DNA from: Planctomycetota bacterium
GTDB taxonomy: Bacteria > Planctomycetota > Phycisphaerae > Phycisphaerales > Phycisphaeraceae
Direction: 5' to 3'
Length of the DNA: 64,000 nt
NCBI GenBank assembly: GCA_039025855.1
Contig: JBCCNL010000001.1
Location: 106,988-170,987, forward strand
In this document: piece by piece, positions 1 to 9,854 of the stretch
How positions within the stretch are numbered: position 1 is the first letter of the stretch
Layout: each line of letters opens with the position of its first letter
Made by a program: the position numbers and the translations under genes
The notes under the pieces: generated by a model
The model's database searches: none
What the model was told of the DNA's origin: nothing
Seen by the model: the letters and a program-made list of their open reading frames with translations, nothing else

Positions 1-722
1 GAGCCGGACTGCCCGAAGGAAGGCAGGGCCGAGGGTGCAGAGGGCGTCGCGGCATCGACGCCCGGGGCCGCCTCGATGAGGCTGGTAAAGGCTTGACCCG
101 CTGTCGTCTCATTAGGCTGATCGAAACGTGCCAAGCGGTCGTTGTAGTTGGCAAAGTAGGCGCGGAGCACGGCGTTGAGGATTAGCGCGGCCTCGTCCGG
201 ATCGGGGGCCTTGAAGCTGAGGATGACCGTCTCGTCTTCGTCATCGCCGCGGATATCCAGGCCTTCGCGGAGGAAGGTCAAGCGATCGTCGACATCGGCA
301 AACGTGACCGCGGAGGCGAGAGCGGGTTCGGCCAACGCACGGGTGAGCACGGCGGTCGACTTGAGCACGGAGGCCTGCGTTACGGGGTTCGCGGCGGCGA
401 CGCCGTCGTTCTTCAACCGGCCCGGGTCGTTGGTCGTGGACGGCCGGTCGATGTACACCACAGCCGAGCTTTCGTAGACACGCGGTGCCAGGAAGAAGTG
501 CATCAATCCCAATAGCAGTCCGACGCATGTCGCGAGGATCAGGAGCCTTCGGCCCCGCCAAGCGATCTCCACCGCCGATCGTTCCCACGACCCGGAGGCC
601 GTCGCGGCGTCTGCTTCTGTAACGCAGATATCCCGCAGCGCGTCGGCGGCCGACGGGAGGGTCGAAGCGGACTGTTCCTGGTTCTCAATGGTGATGATTT
701 TCTCCCTGCGGCGCGACTCCAA
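1..722 (-). CDS. Polysaccharide chain-length determinant (Wzz/GumC-like) protein, N-terminal part; gene runs off the left edge
   Basis: Not in the supplied ORF track because it is open to the window edge. My own minus-strand translation reads ...SAVEIAWRGRRLLILATCVGLLLGLMHFFLAPRVYESSAVVYIDRPS...VLKSTAVLTRAL...VILSFKAPDPDEAALILNAVLRAYFANYN... This is a basic stretch, one TM helix, then a Wzz-type periplasmic pattern. The start is uncertain: there is no ATG upstream of the TM helix, and candidates are TTG at 722 or GTG at 572. Confidence 0.5.
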   Translation of the reverse strand, partial: MESRRREKIITIENQEQSASTLPSAADALRDICVTEADAATASGSWERSAVEIAWRGRRLLILATCVGLLLGLMHFFLAPRVYESSAVVYIDRPSTTNDPGRLKNDGVAAANPVTQASVLKSTAVLTRALAEPALASAVTFADVDDRLTFLREGLDIRGDDEDETVILSFKAPDPDEAALILNAVLRAYFANYNDRLARFDQPNETTAGQAFTSLIEAAPGVDAATPSAPSALPSFGQSG

Positions 723-960
723 GGACGAACTCGCTCCGATCTTTCCAGCGGCCTATCTCTTGCCCCTCGGGCGACGCTACTTCACATTCTGTCGCCCTTG
801 CCCGAGTCTATGCCACGCGTGCTGTGCTCGGATCATGCGCAGTGCAAATGGCGATAAGCAGGCCCATACCAAAAGTAACCGCTAGCCAAGCACTGTCAAG
901 GGATTAAATCGTTCGTTTTCGTGGCTGGACCGACACGCCGTTGTTTGGGAGAGGTTTGGA

Positions 961-2268
961 TCAGGCGGTGGGTTGCGCTCCGTTTGGGCCGACCGCTTGG
1001 GGTCGAGCCACGGGAGCGCGGTCCAGGCCCACGACGGCGAGGATGACGCCGGCCGCGAGGGCCTGTGTGGCGTGAGCGATCAAGACGGCCAGAGCCATAC
1101 CCGGCAAGCCCAGCCAAGCGGTCAGGGGCAGGCCGACGGCGATCAGCACAAGCGCCCCCATAACGGCACAGGGCAGGACCCGATCGGGGCGTTCAGCGGC
1201 CTTGAAGGCGGCGTGCAGCGTGCTGTGGGCCGCCACCGCCACGGGCACCCCCGCGAGAAGCCAGAGCAGCCCCGCATCCTCCACGTATTTATCCCCGTAC
1301 AGCAACCCGGTCAGGGCACCCCCGGTGAGCCCGAGCAGCGGCCAGGCCAGCAGCGGCATCGCCGTGAGCAGGCCACCCACCATCACCAGCAACCGATAGA
1401 AGCCCGGCTCGCGCAGCCGGCGGACCAGCACGGGCTGGGCCAACGCCGAGACGGAATATGTCGCCATGATGAAGGGCATGGTCAGGTTGTTCAGAGCTTT
1501 GTAGGCGCCACCGTCGGCATAGCTCAGCATCAAGGGCAGCACCAGAAACGGGAACTGCTCCGGCACGAAACGGATCAGGTTGGTCGGGCCCGCCCAGAGC
1601 CCGTAGCGGACGTGACGGCTCTGCACGGCCCGGCGCTGGATCGCGGTGTGACCAGTCCGGCGCGGGATCGCCAACCGGACGGTCAGAAACGAGCCGGCCG
1701 TCAGGGCAGCACACCCCATGACACCGATCGCAGCCGGGATCGTCGCCGCCCCGGTACCCCACAGCACAGCAAGCCCCACCCCGATCACCGCGGCGTAAAG
1801 CATGCCCGACATGGCCGCCGTCTTCGGGTCCGCCCGTACGTAGCACGCATCCCGCAGCAACCAGGGCAGAAGCATGACCGGCTGTGCAAGGGCAAACGCG
1901 AGCAGGGCCGTGGCAAAGGTGTACTGCCCGAGCGCCCAGAAGACCGCAGCGGTGACCGCAAGACCAAGCGCCGCTATGCCCGTCAGCCGAAGGTGCGACC
2001 CCATCAGCACACGGAGGTACCGGGCAAACCGGCCTTGGTATCGCCCCGAACCAAAGACCACCATCGGCTCGGTCAGGAACGCGGTATGGGCCGCACCAAC
2101 GATCAGAAACACCGCAAAGCCCGCCGCAAACGCCCCGTAGTCGGACTCGGGCAGCAGCCGGGCCAGCACGAGGTGCACCGCGAAGTTCGCGCCGGCAAAG
2201 AAGACCTGGTCCAACATCGCCCACGCCCCCCGGCCCAGCCAACGACGCTTTGCTGTTCCACTGCTCAT
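961..2268 (-). CDS. Wzx-like polysaccharide flippase / polysaccharide biosynthesis membrane protein (MOP superfamily)
   Basis: Track ORF 961..2310. The protein is polytopic and hydrophobic, and its N-terminus (KRRWLGRGAWAMLDQVFFAGANFAVHLVLARLLPESDYGAFA) is typical of O-antigen/EPS flippases. I prefer the ATG at 2268 (MSSGTAKRRW). Confidence 0.7.
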   Translation of the reverse strand: MSSGTAKRRWLGRGAWAMLDQVFFAGANFAVHLVLARLLPESDYGAFAAGFAVFLIVGAAHTAFLTEPMVVFGSGRYQGRFARYLRVLMGSHLRLTGIAALGLAVTAAVFWALGQYTFATALLAFALAQPVMLLPWLLRDACYVRADPKTAAMSGMLYAAVIGVGLAVLWGTGAATIPAAIGVMGCAALTAGSFLTVRLAIPRRTGHTAIQRRAVQSRHVRYGLWAGPTNLIRFVPEQFPFLVLPLMLSYADGGAYKALNNLTMPFIMATYSVSALAQPVLVRRLREPGFYRLLVMVGGLLTAMPLLAWPLLGLTGGALTGLLYGDKYVEDAGLLWLLAGVPVAVAAHSTLHAAFKAAERPDRVLPCAVMGALVLIAVGLPLTAWLGLPGMALAVLIAHATQALAAGVILAVVGLDRAPVARPQAVGPNGAQPTA

Positions 2269-2540
2269 CAGACCGCCAGACTCCTCAACCACCGAACCAC
2301 ACCACCGCATCGGCCCCGATGTACCGCCTTAATCGCGTGTGCCGACCCTCCAACCGCACAAAAGCCGCCCCACCCAGAAGCTGACACACTCACAGACATC
2401 CGACTCTCTCCGCCTCTCTTCGAGGGCCACCGTTCAAGCCCAATGGGGCTGATCCCACTGGGACGCGATGTCCCTCCCGCGGTGCGAGTATCGCACACCG
2501 ATGCGCCACCATCAACAAATGGTCGTCCGCCCACCGCATC

Positions 2541-2560
2541 GCAGGAAGCATGCTTCCCGC
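2541..2560 (-). terminator. Near-perfect 20-bp palindrome (core GGAAGCATGCTTCC) 30-50 nt downstream of the beta-helix gene stop; possible terminator or operator
   Basis: Read directly: gcaGGAAGCATGCTTCCcgc. A second small hairpin, GTGCGA-gta-TCGCAC, lies at 2482-2496. No U-tract follows, so this is not a canonical intrinsic terminator. Confidence 0.25.
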
Positions 2561-2589
2561 TCCATGGCCATGGCCCCCCGCCTACCCGA

Positions 2590-4269
2590 TCAGGCGCGAT
2601 GCATTGATCGCCGACGCCCCCGCCCAACGACAGCCCATGCCAGCAAGCCGCCCACACCGACCAGGCCCAGCGCCCCCGGCTCCGGGATGACGGTGATCGT
2701 CCGCGTGTCGTACGCCACCCCGGCATCGCCATAAGCCAGCACGGTCACCGTGTACTCATCCGCCTTCGGGAACACCACCTCCACGCTCGACCCGAGCACC
2801 GGCACCCCATAACCCAGGTCCCACAAGACCGTCTGCGGCGCGAAGCCTGCCCCAGCAGTGACGCTCAAACGGATCGGCTGCCCCGCCACCACGTCTCCGA
2901 TCGCATCCAGACTCAGCTCGGGCACCCCGCTCGCAAACCCCTGAGACACGGGCTGGGCATCCGACCCGTTGTCCGCCACATCGTTCCCCAGCCACTGCAG
3001 GTCCGCCGGCAGACCGGAGACCTGCACCGGGTCGAACGCGTCCTTCTGGTTCTCGTGCACCGTGTTGCCCACAAACCGCAGCCGCTCGTTGTCCCCGGTC
3101 AGCGTGATCCCTCGGCCGGCATGGCCCGTCAGCTTGTTGCCAACCGCCAGCAGGTCCTGCACGTTGTCGTTCACCCGCAGCCCGTCCCCGAACCCCGACC
3201 CGACAAAACCATCCCCGCCGACCGCGTCGCTCAACGTGTTCTGCAACAACAACACCCCACGCAAGGCCCCGTCGCCATCGTCGCCGTCGTCACCCTGCAG
3301 CTGCGCCGAGAACGAGTTCGCCCCCCCAACCTGATTACGCGCAACGATCACCGACTCCGTCACGCCCTGCCCCGATAGCGACAGCCCCACATCCGCGTTG
3401 CCGTCCACGCGGTTGTCCGCCAGCACCACCCGATTCACGTCCACCAACTCCAGGCCCGCAAACTTGAACCCGGCACCCGGCACGCCGCCAATCACATTCC
3501 GCCTCACCGCCACCCGGTCCGAACCATCCACGCTCAGCCAGCTGTCCACCCGGTTGTCTTCCACCACCGACCCGTCCACCCCGGTGTGCAGCTCGATGCC
3601 CAAGCCTTGCGACCTCAGCCCCGACCCCGTCACCGTGTTGCCTCGGACCACCGCCTGACCCGAGTCATCATTGAAAAAAATCCCGCCGCGCCCCGTGTTC
3701 TTCACCTTGTTCCCCACCACCGTGTTCCGCACCGAGCCGTGAGCGATCCGTATCCCGCCGCCAAAGGTCGAGTCGACCCCGATCTCCGAGAACCGGCTCC
3801 CGGTAATCACCGAATCGGTCACCCCGCTCGAGAAGTACACCCCCAGCGGCCCAAACGCCGTCCCGCTCAGCCGGGTCACCTCGACCCGCTCCAGCCGATG
3901 CCCGCCCCCGTTCGACGCGACCACGCCATACGACAGCCCCGAACCCACCCCATCCATCGTGAACCCCCGCAGCGTCACATCACGCGTCCCCGCCAGATCA
4001 AAAAACCGGTCATGCCCCCCCGCCGCCCGCAGCACCGTCTGACCCATCCCCGCCCCCTCGATCGCCACCCCCGACTTCGCCCGCAACGGCCCATCCAGCA
4101 CGTAGTCCAGGTGCCCCGGCAGCTCCACCGTATCCCCCGCCGACGACGCATCGATCGCCGTCTGGATCGCCGCCCGCGTCCCCACCGCCACCGTCCGCGT
4201 CGTCCCCCCAGCCGCCGGCCAAGCCAGCAGCAACACGACCCACCCCGCGAACCAACCACGCTTGGTCAT
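2590..4269 (-). CDS. Secreted right-handed parallel beta-helix repeat protein with PKD-like domain and C-terminal PEP-CTERM sorting signal
   Basis: Signal peptide MTKRGWFAGWVVLLLAWPAAGG. Repetitive beta-helix turns (NTVVGNKVKNTGRGGIFFNDDSGQAVVRGNTVTGSG, NRVDGNADVGLSLSG...). A PKD-like segment precedes the C-terminus. The C-terminus VIPEPGALGLVGVGGLLAWAVVGRGRRR has the PEP motif, a TM helix and a basic tail. The track start is 4293; the ATG at 4269 gives a better signal peptide. Confidence 0.8.
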   Translation of the reverse strand: MTKRGWFAGWVVLLLAWPAAGGTTRTVAVGTRAAIQTAIDASSAGDTVELPGHLDYVLDGPLRAKSGVAIEGAGMGQTVLRAAGGHDRFFDLAGTRDVTLRGFTMDGVGSGLSYGVVASNGGGHRLERVEVTRLSGTAFGPLGVYFSSGVTDSVITGSRFSEIGVDSTFGGGIRIAHGSVRNTVVGNKVKNTGRGGIFFNDDSGQAVVRGNTVTGSGLRSQGLGIELHTGVDGSVVEDNRVDSWLSVDGSDRVAVRRNVIGGVPGAGFKFAGLELVDVNRVVLADNRVDGNADVGLSLSGQGVTESVIVARNQVGGANSFSAQLQGDDGDDGDGALRGVLLLQNTLSDAVGGDGFVGSGFGDGLRVNDNVQDLLAVGNKLTGHAGRGITLTGDNERLRFVGNTVHENQKDAFDPVQVSGLPADLQWLGNDVADNGSDAQPVSQGFASGVPELSLDAIGDVVAGQPIRLSVTAGAGFAPQTVLWDLGYGVPVLGSSVEVVFPKADEYTVTVLAYGDAGVAYDTRTITVIPEPGALGLVGVGGLLAWAVVGRGRRRSMHRA

Positions 4270-4400
4270 AGGGCTCACACATCCCATCGTCACCAGACTC
4301 CGCTCTGTTCCGTCAGGCCGCCGACCGTCTCACTCTATCAAGTCTCACCCCAGCCCCCCTACCCGTCCCCGTGATCGCCCCACCCCTTAGCCCCTAAAGC

Positions 4401-5744
4401 CTACCCCGCCCGCACCACCAGCCGCCGGTAGGCGTACGCCCGCACCGCCGTCCCCACGATCGACCCCGCCAGGACGATGTAGGCCGCCGACTCCACACCC
4501 AGACCCGCGCCCTGCCAACCCATGAACAGCCCCATCAAACCAGCCACCACCGCCAACTCCGCCACCCCCGCCGTAAACCCCCACGCCGGCCGACCCACCG
4601 CCACGATCCCGCTGTTCCAACCCATCCGCACCGCACGCACCGCCAACGCCACACCCAACACCGCCACCGCATGCCCCAGCCCCGCGTACGCCGAATCCCC
4701 CAACACCCACAGCAGCACCGGACCACCCACCAGACCCGCCACCGCCGCATACCCCACCATCACCAACGCCACCCCCCACGTCACCCGCCCCACCATCTGC
4801 CGCAGCGCCAACCCGCCGCCCTGCTTCCACGCCGCCGCCGTCCGCGGCGCCACCACCCCCCCCAGACCCAGCAACAACGGGTTCGCCGCCACCACCACCA
4901 GCCCCGCCGCCGCGAAACGCCCCGCCTCCCCAGAACCCGCCGCCGCCGCCAGGCCCCACGTCACCACCATCAACGTCACCGCCCGAGCCTGCTGACTCCC
5001 CAGCAACCAACGCCCGAACCGCCACGACCGCACCAGCCAAGTCCCCACCGCACGCCGGTCCCCGCCCACCCAATGCCGGTGAAACCAACACCACACCACA
5101 CCCCCCACCAGACCGGCCCCCCCCAACACCCCGATCGCCGCTTCCGCCGTCAGCCACCCCATCACACCCAGCCACACCACCAGCCCAACCTGCATCCCGC
5201 TCACCACCACATCCAACGCCAACGCCGACCCCGGCTCATCGTGAGCGTACGCCACACGCCGCGCCACCCCATGCACCATCACCCCCGGCCACGCCAACGC
5301 CAACACCAGCAACAACCGCCCCTCAGGCCCGCTCCCCACCATCCCCCAGGCTCCGCCCACCACCCCCAGCCCCGCGACCGCCACGCCCACCAGCACCCCC
5401 CAAACCACCAGCATGCTCCCCAACGCACGCCGCCGACGAAACGCCGACACCTGATTCCCCAGCACCGTGTAAGGCGTCAGCAACAACGACTCCTGCACCA
5501 CCATCCCGATCACCACCACCGCAAAACCCATCGCATACAGCCCCAACTCGTCCGCACCCGCCAGCCGACCGATCAACACCGTCAACGCAAACCGCCCCGC
5601 ACTCACCACCGCCTGGTCCAACACCGCCGCCCCCCCCCACCGCGCCGCCGACACCATCACCCCCGCACCACCACGCCACCACGTCCGCAGCCCCCCTTCC
5701 AAACGCCCAGCCCCCGCGACCACCCGCGCCGAACCCTTACTCAT
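4401..5744 (-). CDS. Second Wzx-like polysaccharide flippase / polysaccharide biosynthesis membrane protein
   Basis: The track ORF 4401..6044 is over-extended through a G-rich leader. The ATG at 5744 (MSKGSARVVAG...) overlaps the stop of the upstream ATP-grasp gene (ATGA). The body is polytopic: AAVLDQAVVSAGRFALTVLIGRLAGADELGLYAMGFAVVVIGMVVQESLLLTPY. Confidence 0.65.
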   Translation of the reverse strand: MSKGSARVVAGAGRLEGGLRTWWRGGAGVMVSAARWGGAAVLDQAVVSAGRFALTVLIGRLAGADELGLYAMGFAVVVIGMVVQESLLLTPYTVLGNQVSAFRRRRALGSMLVVWGVLVGVAVAGLGVVGGAWGMVGSGPEGRLLLVLALAWPGVMVHGVARRVAYAHDEPGSALALDVVVSGMQVGLVVWLGVMGWLTAEAAIGVLGGAGLVGGVVWCWFHRHWVGGDRRAVGTWLVRSWRFGRWLLGSQQARAVTLMVVTWGLAAAAGSGEAGRFAAAGLVVVAANPLLLGLGGVVAPRTAAAWKQGGGLALRQMVGRVTWGVALVMVGYAAVAGLVGGPVLLWVLGDSAYAGLGHAVAVLGVALAVRAVRMGWNSGIVAVGRPAWGFTAGVAELAVVAGLMGLFMGWQGAGLGVESAAYIVLAGSIVGTAVRAYAYRRLVVRAG

Positions 5745-7072
5745 CGTGCCCCCCCCACTGCCGCCCCGGAGGCCTCCGATGGACTCAACCGCCCCGCCGC
5801 CGTCGGCTTCGGGTCCACCGCCGCCGCCCGCGTCGCTCGCCGCCGAAGCGGCCGTGACATCTCCAGCAACGACGGCAGCGGGTCCCGCCAAGACCACGTG
5901 ATGTGCACCCCGCCCCGCAGCCCCGGCCACGCCGCACGCACACCCGCCCACCCCGCACGCCCCATCAACCGCGCTGCCCGACCCCAACCAATCACCCCCT
6001 GACGCCGCTCGAACCGGCACCCCGCCCACGCCCCGAACGTCCACGCAAACCGCAGCCCCCGCCGATACGCCAACGCATCCGCCGGCACCTCCAACCGCTC
6101 ACCCCCCGCCAGCCGCACCGCCAGCTCCGGCAGCCGAAGCCCCGCCCGATACACCACCGCGAAGTTCGCCCCCAGCCGCGGATTCAGCTCCAGAAAACAC
6201 CGCGACGACTCCTCCCCCTCGTACAGAAACTGCGCACACCCCACCCCGCGATAACCCAACGCCCCGACCAACGCCTCCGTGTCCGCGATCAACGCCGGCG
6301 TCGGCTCCACCGTCCGCCCCGACACCGCCAGACCCGTCCCGTCCACCCGGTCAGTCCGATCGATCCGCACCTCCACCGCCCCCACCAGCCGCCCCCCGTC
6401 CGCCGCGAAATACACGTTATGCCTCGGCCCCGCCGCATACCCCTGCACCATCAGCCGCCGCCCCGCCATCGCCCCGTCCCCCGCCAACGCCTCCGCCTCG
6501 CCCGCCTCCCGCACAATCTCCGCCTTCACCCCAAACCGCAGCGTCTCGTGGTCCATCGGCTTCACCACGCACGGCAGACCGACCCGCTCCATCGCGCCAC
6601 CCAGTTCATCTCCACCCACCACCTCGTAACCCGCGTGCGGCACCCCCGCCGACCGACACGCCTCCAGCATCCGCCCCTTGTCCAGACACGTCTCGACCGC
6701 TCCGGGATTCGCCACCGCCAACCCCACCCGCTCCCCGAACCTCGCCCCCATCTCCCCCCGCAGCCCATCCACCCGCCGCACCGCCGATTCATCCACCGGG
6801 AACACCACCCGTACCCAAGGCCGCGCCTCCAGAAACCGCATCAACTGCCCATCAAACGCCGACGGGTCGCCCTTCCACGACGCATGCCGCCACACCTCCG
6901 CCACACCCCGCGACCGGTACGCGTGGTAGTCCCGATCGTCTGCCTCATCCCGCCCAACCACGACCGCCCAGCCGTCCGACCGCAGCGCCCGGATCACCGT
7001 CAGGCTCTGCCGCCGGTTGCCCAGCAGGAGCACCCCACTCCGCCCGTCGGTACCCGCGCCGCTGCCGCTCAA
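5741..7072 (-). CDS. ATP-grasp domain carboxylate-amine ligase
   Basis: ATP-grasp pattern: VLLLGNRRQSLTVIRALR...DKGRMLEACRSAGVPHAGYEVV...GLPCVVKPMD...GVGCAQFLYEGEESSRCFLELNPRLG. The track start at 7072 is a TTG overlapping the upstream stop; GTG at 7036 is an alternative. Confidence 0.8.
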   Translation of the reverse strand: MSGSGAGTDGRSGVLLLGNRRQSLTVIRALRSDGWAVVVGRDEADDRDYHAYRSRGVAEVWRHASWKGDPSAFDGQLMRFLEARPWVRVVFPVDESAVRRVDGLRGEMGARFGERVGLAVANPGAVETCLDKGRMLEACRSAGVPHAGYEVVGGDELGGAMERVGLPCVVKPMDHETLRFGVKAEIVREAGEAEALAGDGAMAGRRLMVQGYAAGPRHNVYFAADGGRLVGAVEVRIDRTDRVDGTGLAVSGRTVEPTPALIADTEALVGALGYRGVGCAQFLYEGEESSRCFLELNPRLGANFAVVYRAGLRLPELAVRLAGGERLEVPADALAYRRGLRFAWTFGAWAGCRFERRQGVIGWGRAARLMGRAGWAGVRAAWPGLRGGVHITWSWRDPLPSLLEMSRPLRRRATRAAAVDPKPTAAGRLSPSEASGAAVGGAR

Positions 7073-8439
7073 GACCCCACCCCTTCAAGCACGTTCGCCT
7101 CCGCCGGTGTCGCCACCGCCCGACGCCCCAGAGCCGACACCACCGTCCGGTGCTTGCCCCCCGGCCGCGCCGGCAGCACATCCACCTCCCGAACCACCAA
7201 GCCAAAGCCCGGCACCAACGCCGCCAGCCTCCGCTCAATCGCGACCCGCAACCCCTCACCTAGCGTTTCGTGACACTCCAGCCAAACCGTCACCGCCCCC
7301 GACTCGTCCTGCTCCGCCCGCCAACGCCGCACCCCGTCGTACTTGTCCACCACGTCCTCAAACGCCTGGCCGTGCACCGCATCCCCCGCCGCATCCATCA
7401 CCAGATCGAAGTCACGCCCCCGCACCGCCGGCAACACCGCAAACCCCACCGCCGACCGATCAATCGGGCCGTCGCACACATCACCCAACCGATACCGCAG
7501 CAGCGGGAAATCGCCGTTGCCCAGCACCGACACCACCACGTCGTACGCCCCGTCCTCCCGCGGCAGCGTTTCGACAAACACCAAATCGTCCCGCACCCGA
7601 AGCCGACGGTCCCCGTCGTGCCCCGCCAGGAACTCGCACTCCGTGCAGCCATACTCCGCCACCGCCGGCACCCCGAGCGCCCGCTCCACCACCGCCACCG
7701 TCGCCGGACGCACCGGCTCGGCCGTCAACACCACCAGCCGCAGCGACGGGCACTGCCACCCCATCCGCTCCGCCTCTTCCGCCAACAGGTGAGCCGCCAT
7801 GCTGTGAGAATAAATCGCCCTCGGCTTGAACCGTGCGATCCGCTCCAGATACCCCCGCAGCGTCGACGCCCGCAGGTCATACGGCGACAGCCGCAACCGA
7901 CCCCGTGCCCAATCCATCACCGGCCCCCGGACCCGCTCCTTCAACCCCTGAATCCCCGGCGCCAACGCCCCCGCATTCCCCCACACAAACACCCACCGAT
8001 CGTAGAAGTCCACCCCCCAGGACTGATAGAACCGGTACTTCGCCCGCAGCGTCTCCCGATGCGCCGTCGCACCGTAATAAATCGACGTCCGCGACCCGCT
8101 CGACCCGCTGGTCCGGTGCCACTCCCCGCCCCCGTCCCGCCCCGCCCGGATCGAGCAGAACCGCTCCGGCGCATCCCGAACAGCACCCTTCTCCAACACG
8201 GGCATCAGGCGCGTAAACGCCTCCAACGACTCAAACCGCACCGGCAAGCCCAGCCGATCCCGCAACGCCCGGTAGTGCGTGGTCTCTTCAAAAGCCCGCT
8301 CCCAGACCGCGTTGAGACGCTCCAACTGGTACGCCTCCATCCGCTCGCGATGCCAGCCCTCACGCGCCGCCAGCTCCCGCATCGCCAGACGCGCGGCACG
8401 AAACCGCGGCAGATGTTTAAAGAGCCTTCTCATCGTCAA
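7069..8439 (-). CDS. Phenylacetate-CoA ligase-like adenylate-forming enzyme (CapK/PaaK/F390-synthetase family)
   Basis: N-terminal ...YQLERLNAVWERAFEETTHYRAL... is typical of the CapK family. The AMP-binding-like P-loop is HRTSGSSGSRTSIYYG. Located in an EPS context next to the ATP-grasp gene. Confidence 0.75.
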   Translation of the reverse strand: MTMRRLFKHLPRFRAARLAMRELAAREGWHRERMEAYQLERLNAVWERAFEETTHYRALRDRLGLPVRFESLEAFTRLMPVLEKGAVRDAPERFCSIRAGRDGGGEWHRTSGSSGSRTSIYYGATAHRETLRAKYRFYQSWGVDFYDRWVFVWGNAGALAPGIQGLKERVRGPVMDWARGRLRLSPYDLRASTLRGYLERIARFKPRAIYSHSMAAHLLAEEAERMGWQCPSLRLVVLTAEPVRPATVAVVERALGVPAVAEYGCTECEFLAGHDGDRRLRVRDDLVFVETLPREDGAYDVVVSVLGNGDFPLLRYRLGDVCDGPIDRSAVGFAVLPAVRGRDFDLVMDAAGDAVHGQAFEDVVDKYDGVRRWRAEQDESGAVTVWLECHETLGEGLRVAIERRLAALVPGFGLVVREVDVLPARPGGKHRTVVSALGRRAVATPAEANVLEGVGS

Positions 8440-8514
8440 CCTTCTCCCGACGCCTGTTCAGGATGTCACATCAACCCCTCCCAAGCAACCCGTAATCCCA
8501 AACAAACCGTCACG

Positions 8515-9702
8515 TCAGCCGCTGCCCCCGTCCTGCCCTCGCCTCACCCGGATCGCACGCTCGTAGAGCTCGATCAGCATCTGGTAGTTCCGCTCCGGCG
8601 TAAACGCCTCGGCATACCGCCGCCGCGCCGCCTCCCCCAGCCGGCGAGCCCGCGTGGGATCCGCAAACAGCCCCGCCGCGTGCGCCGCCAAACCCGCCGC
8701 GTCGTGCGGCTCATACAGCAGCCCCGTCCGGCCGTGGTCCACCAGCTCCGGCAGCGCCCCAATCCGCGCCGCAATCACCGGCGTGCCCCCCGCAAACGCC
8801 TCCACCACCGTCCGACCAAACACCTCGTACCACACCGACGGCACCACCACGAACGCTGCCCCCGCCATCAACTCCAACGCCCGCTCACGCTCGCACCGCC
8901 CCCACCACTCCACCCGCGCATCGCCCGTCTCCGCCTCCAGCCGCTCCCGCGCTGGACCATCACCCACAATCAGAAGCCGACCCAGCGACGGATCACGCGC
9001 CCACGCCTTGCACAGCACCTCCACACCCTTCTCTTCCGACACCCGCCCCACATACAACGCGTAATCCCGCGACGCCTCACGCGGCATAGGCGGCGCCTGC
9101 GTGAAGTTCGGCTTCACCACAATCCGCCGCGGATCAAAGCCCCCGTCCGCATACGCGTCACGCGTGAACTGCGACGGCGTCACGAACAGGTCCACCCCAC
9201 CACGCTTAACCGCCTGCCGCCGAACCGACAGCTGCGACAACGCCACCACCGCGCTCGACGCCCGGCTCCCCCGGTAGCAGGCGTGACGGACACCCGCGTG
9301 CGCAACCGCCGAACCCTGACACTTCGTGCAGACCCGGCCCTCCCGCAGGAACAACCCATTCACACACAAACCGCGGTAATTCCGCAGCGCCTGCACCACC
9401 GCCACGCCCCGTGAGCCGGCCTCCCGGTAAATCGATGGCGAGATCAGCGGGAAGATGTTGTTCGCGTGCAGCACGTCCGGGCGGTGCCGATCCAGCAGCG
9501 CCCCGACCGCCCGCGCCGAGCCCCGACTCCAGATCGTCTCCGCCGCGATGCCCAGCCGCGAGCGGTCCGCGATCTCATCGTTATGCCGGGTGTACCGGAT
9601 GACCGTGTGCCCCTGAGACTCAAGCACCGCCGCCTCAGCCTCGAAAGACTCATCCTCACCCCCACGCTGCCGGTAATAGGTATGGCACAGCAGAACCTTC
9701 AT
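8515..9702 (-). CDS. Glycosyltransferase family 4 (GT-B, GT1/RfaB-like)
   Basis: MKVLLCHTYYRQRGGEDESF...; C-terminal E-x7-E region YEVFGRTVVEAFAGGTPVIAARIGALPELVDHGRTGLLYEP. Confidence 0.85.
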   Translation of the reverse strand: MKVLLCHTYYRQRGGEDESFEAEAAVLESQGHTVIRYTRHNDEIADRSRLGIAAETIWSRGSARAVGALLDRHRPDVLHANNIFPLISPSIYREAGSRGVAVVQALRNYRGLCVNGLFLREGRVCTKCQGSAVAHAGVRHACYRGSRASSAVVALSQLSVRRQAVKRGGVDLFVTPSQFTRDAYADGGFDPRRIVVKPNFTQAPPMPREASRDYALYVGRVSEEKGVEVLCKAWARDPSLGRLLIVGDGPARERLEAETGDARVEWWGRCERERALELMAGAAFVVVPSVWYEVFGRTVVEAFAGGTPVIAARIGALPELVDHGRTGLLYEPHDAAGLAAHAAGLFADPTRARRLGEAARRRYAEAFTPERNYQMLIELYERAIRVRRGQDGGSG

Positions 9703-9854
9703 CGCTCAGTCTTACGCTCAACTCCCCAAGGTCCGCCGAAGTCTACCCGCGCCCACCGCTAAACCAAGCCGCACCCCTCAGGCCCGCCACCCAGCTGCCC
9801 CAAGCTCACCCGCAAAGTCAAGTCGCCTCTATTGCCTAATCTTCCCAATCGACT

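Noticed and set aside
973-9414. Long plus-strand ORFs in the track, opposite the EPS genes: 973..2607 (544 aa), 3586..4374, 4671..6002, 5903..7273, 7270..9414 (714 aa).
   Set aside because: Their translations are dominated by R/P/H/Q/T runs with no motifs or hydrophobic-core periodicity. They lie antisense to ORFs that carry clear family signatures. These are classic shadow ORFs of high-GC DNA, where stop codons are rare in all frames.
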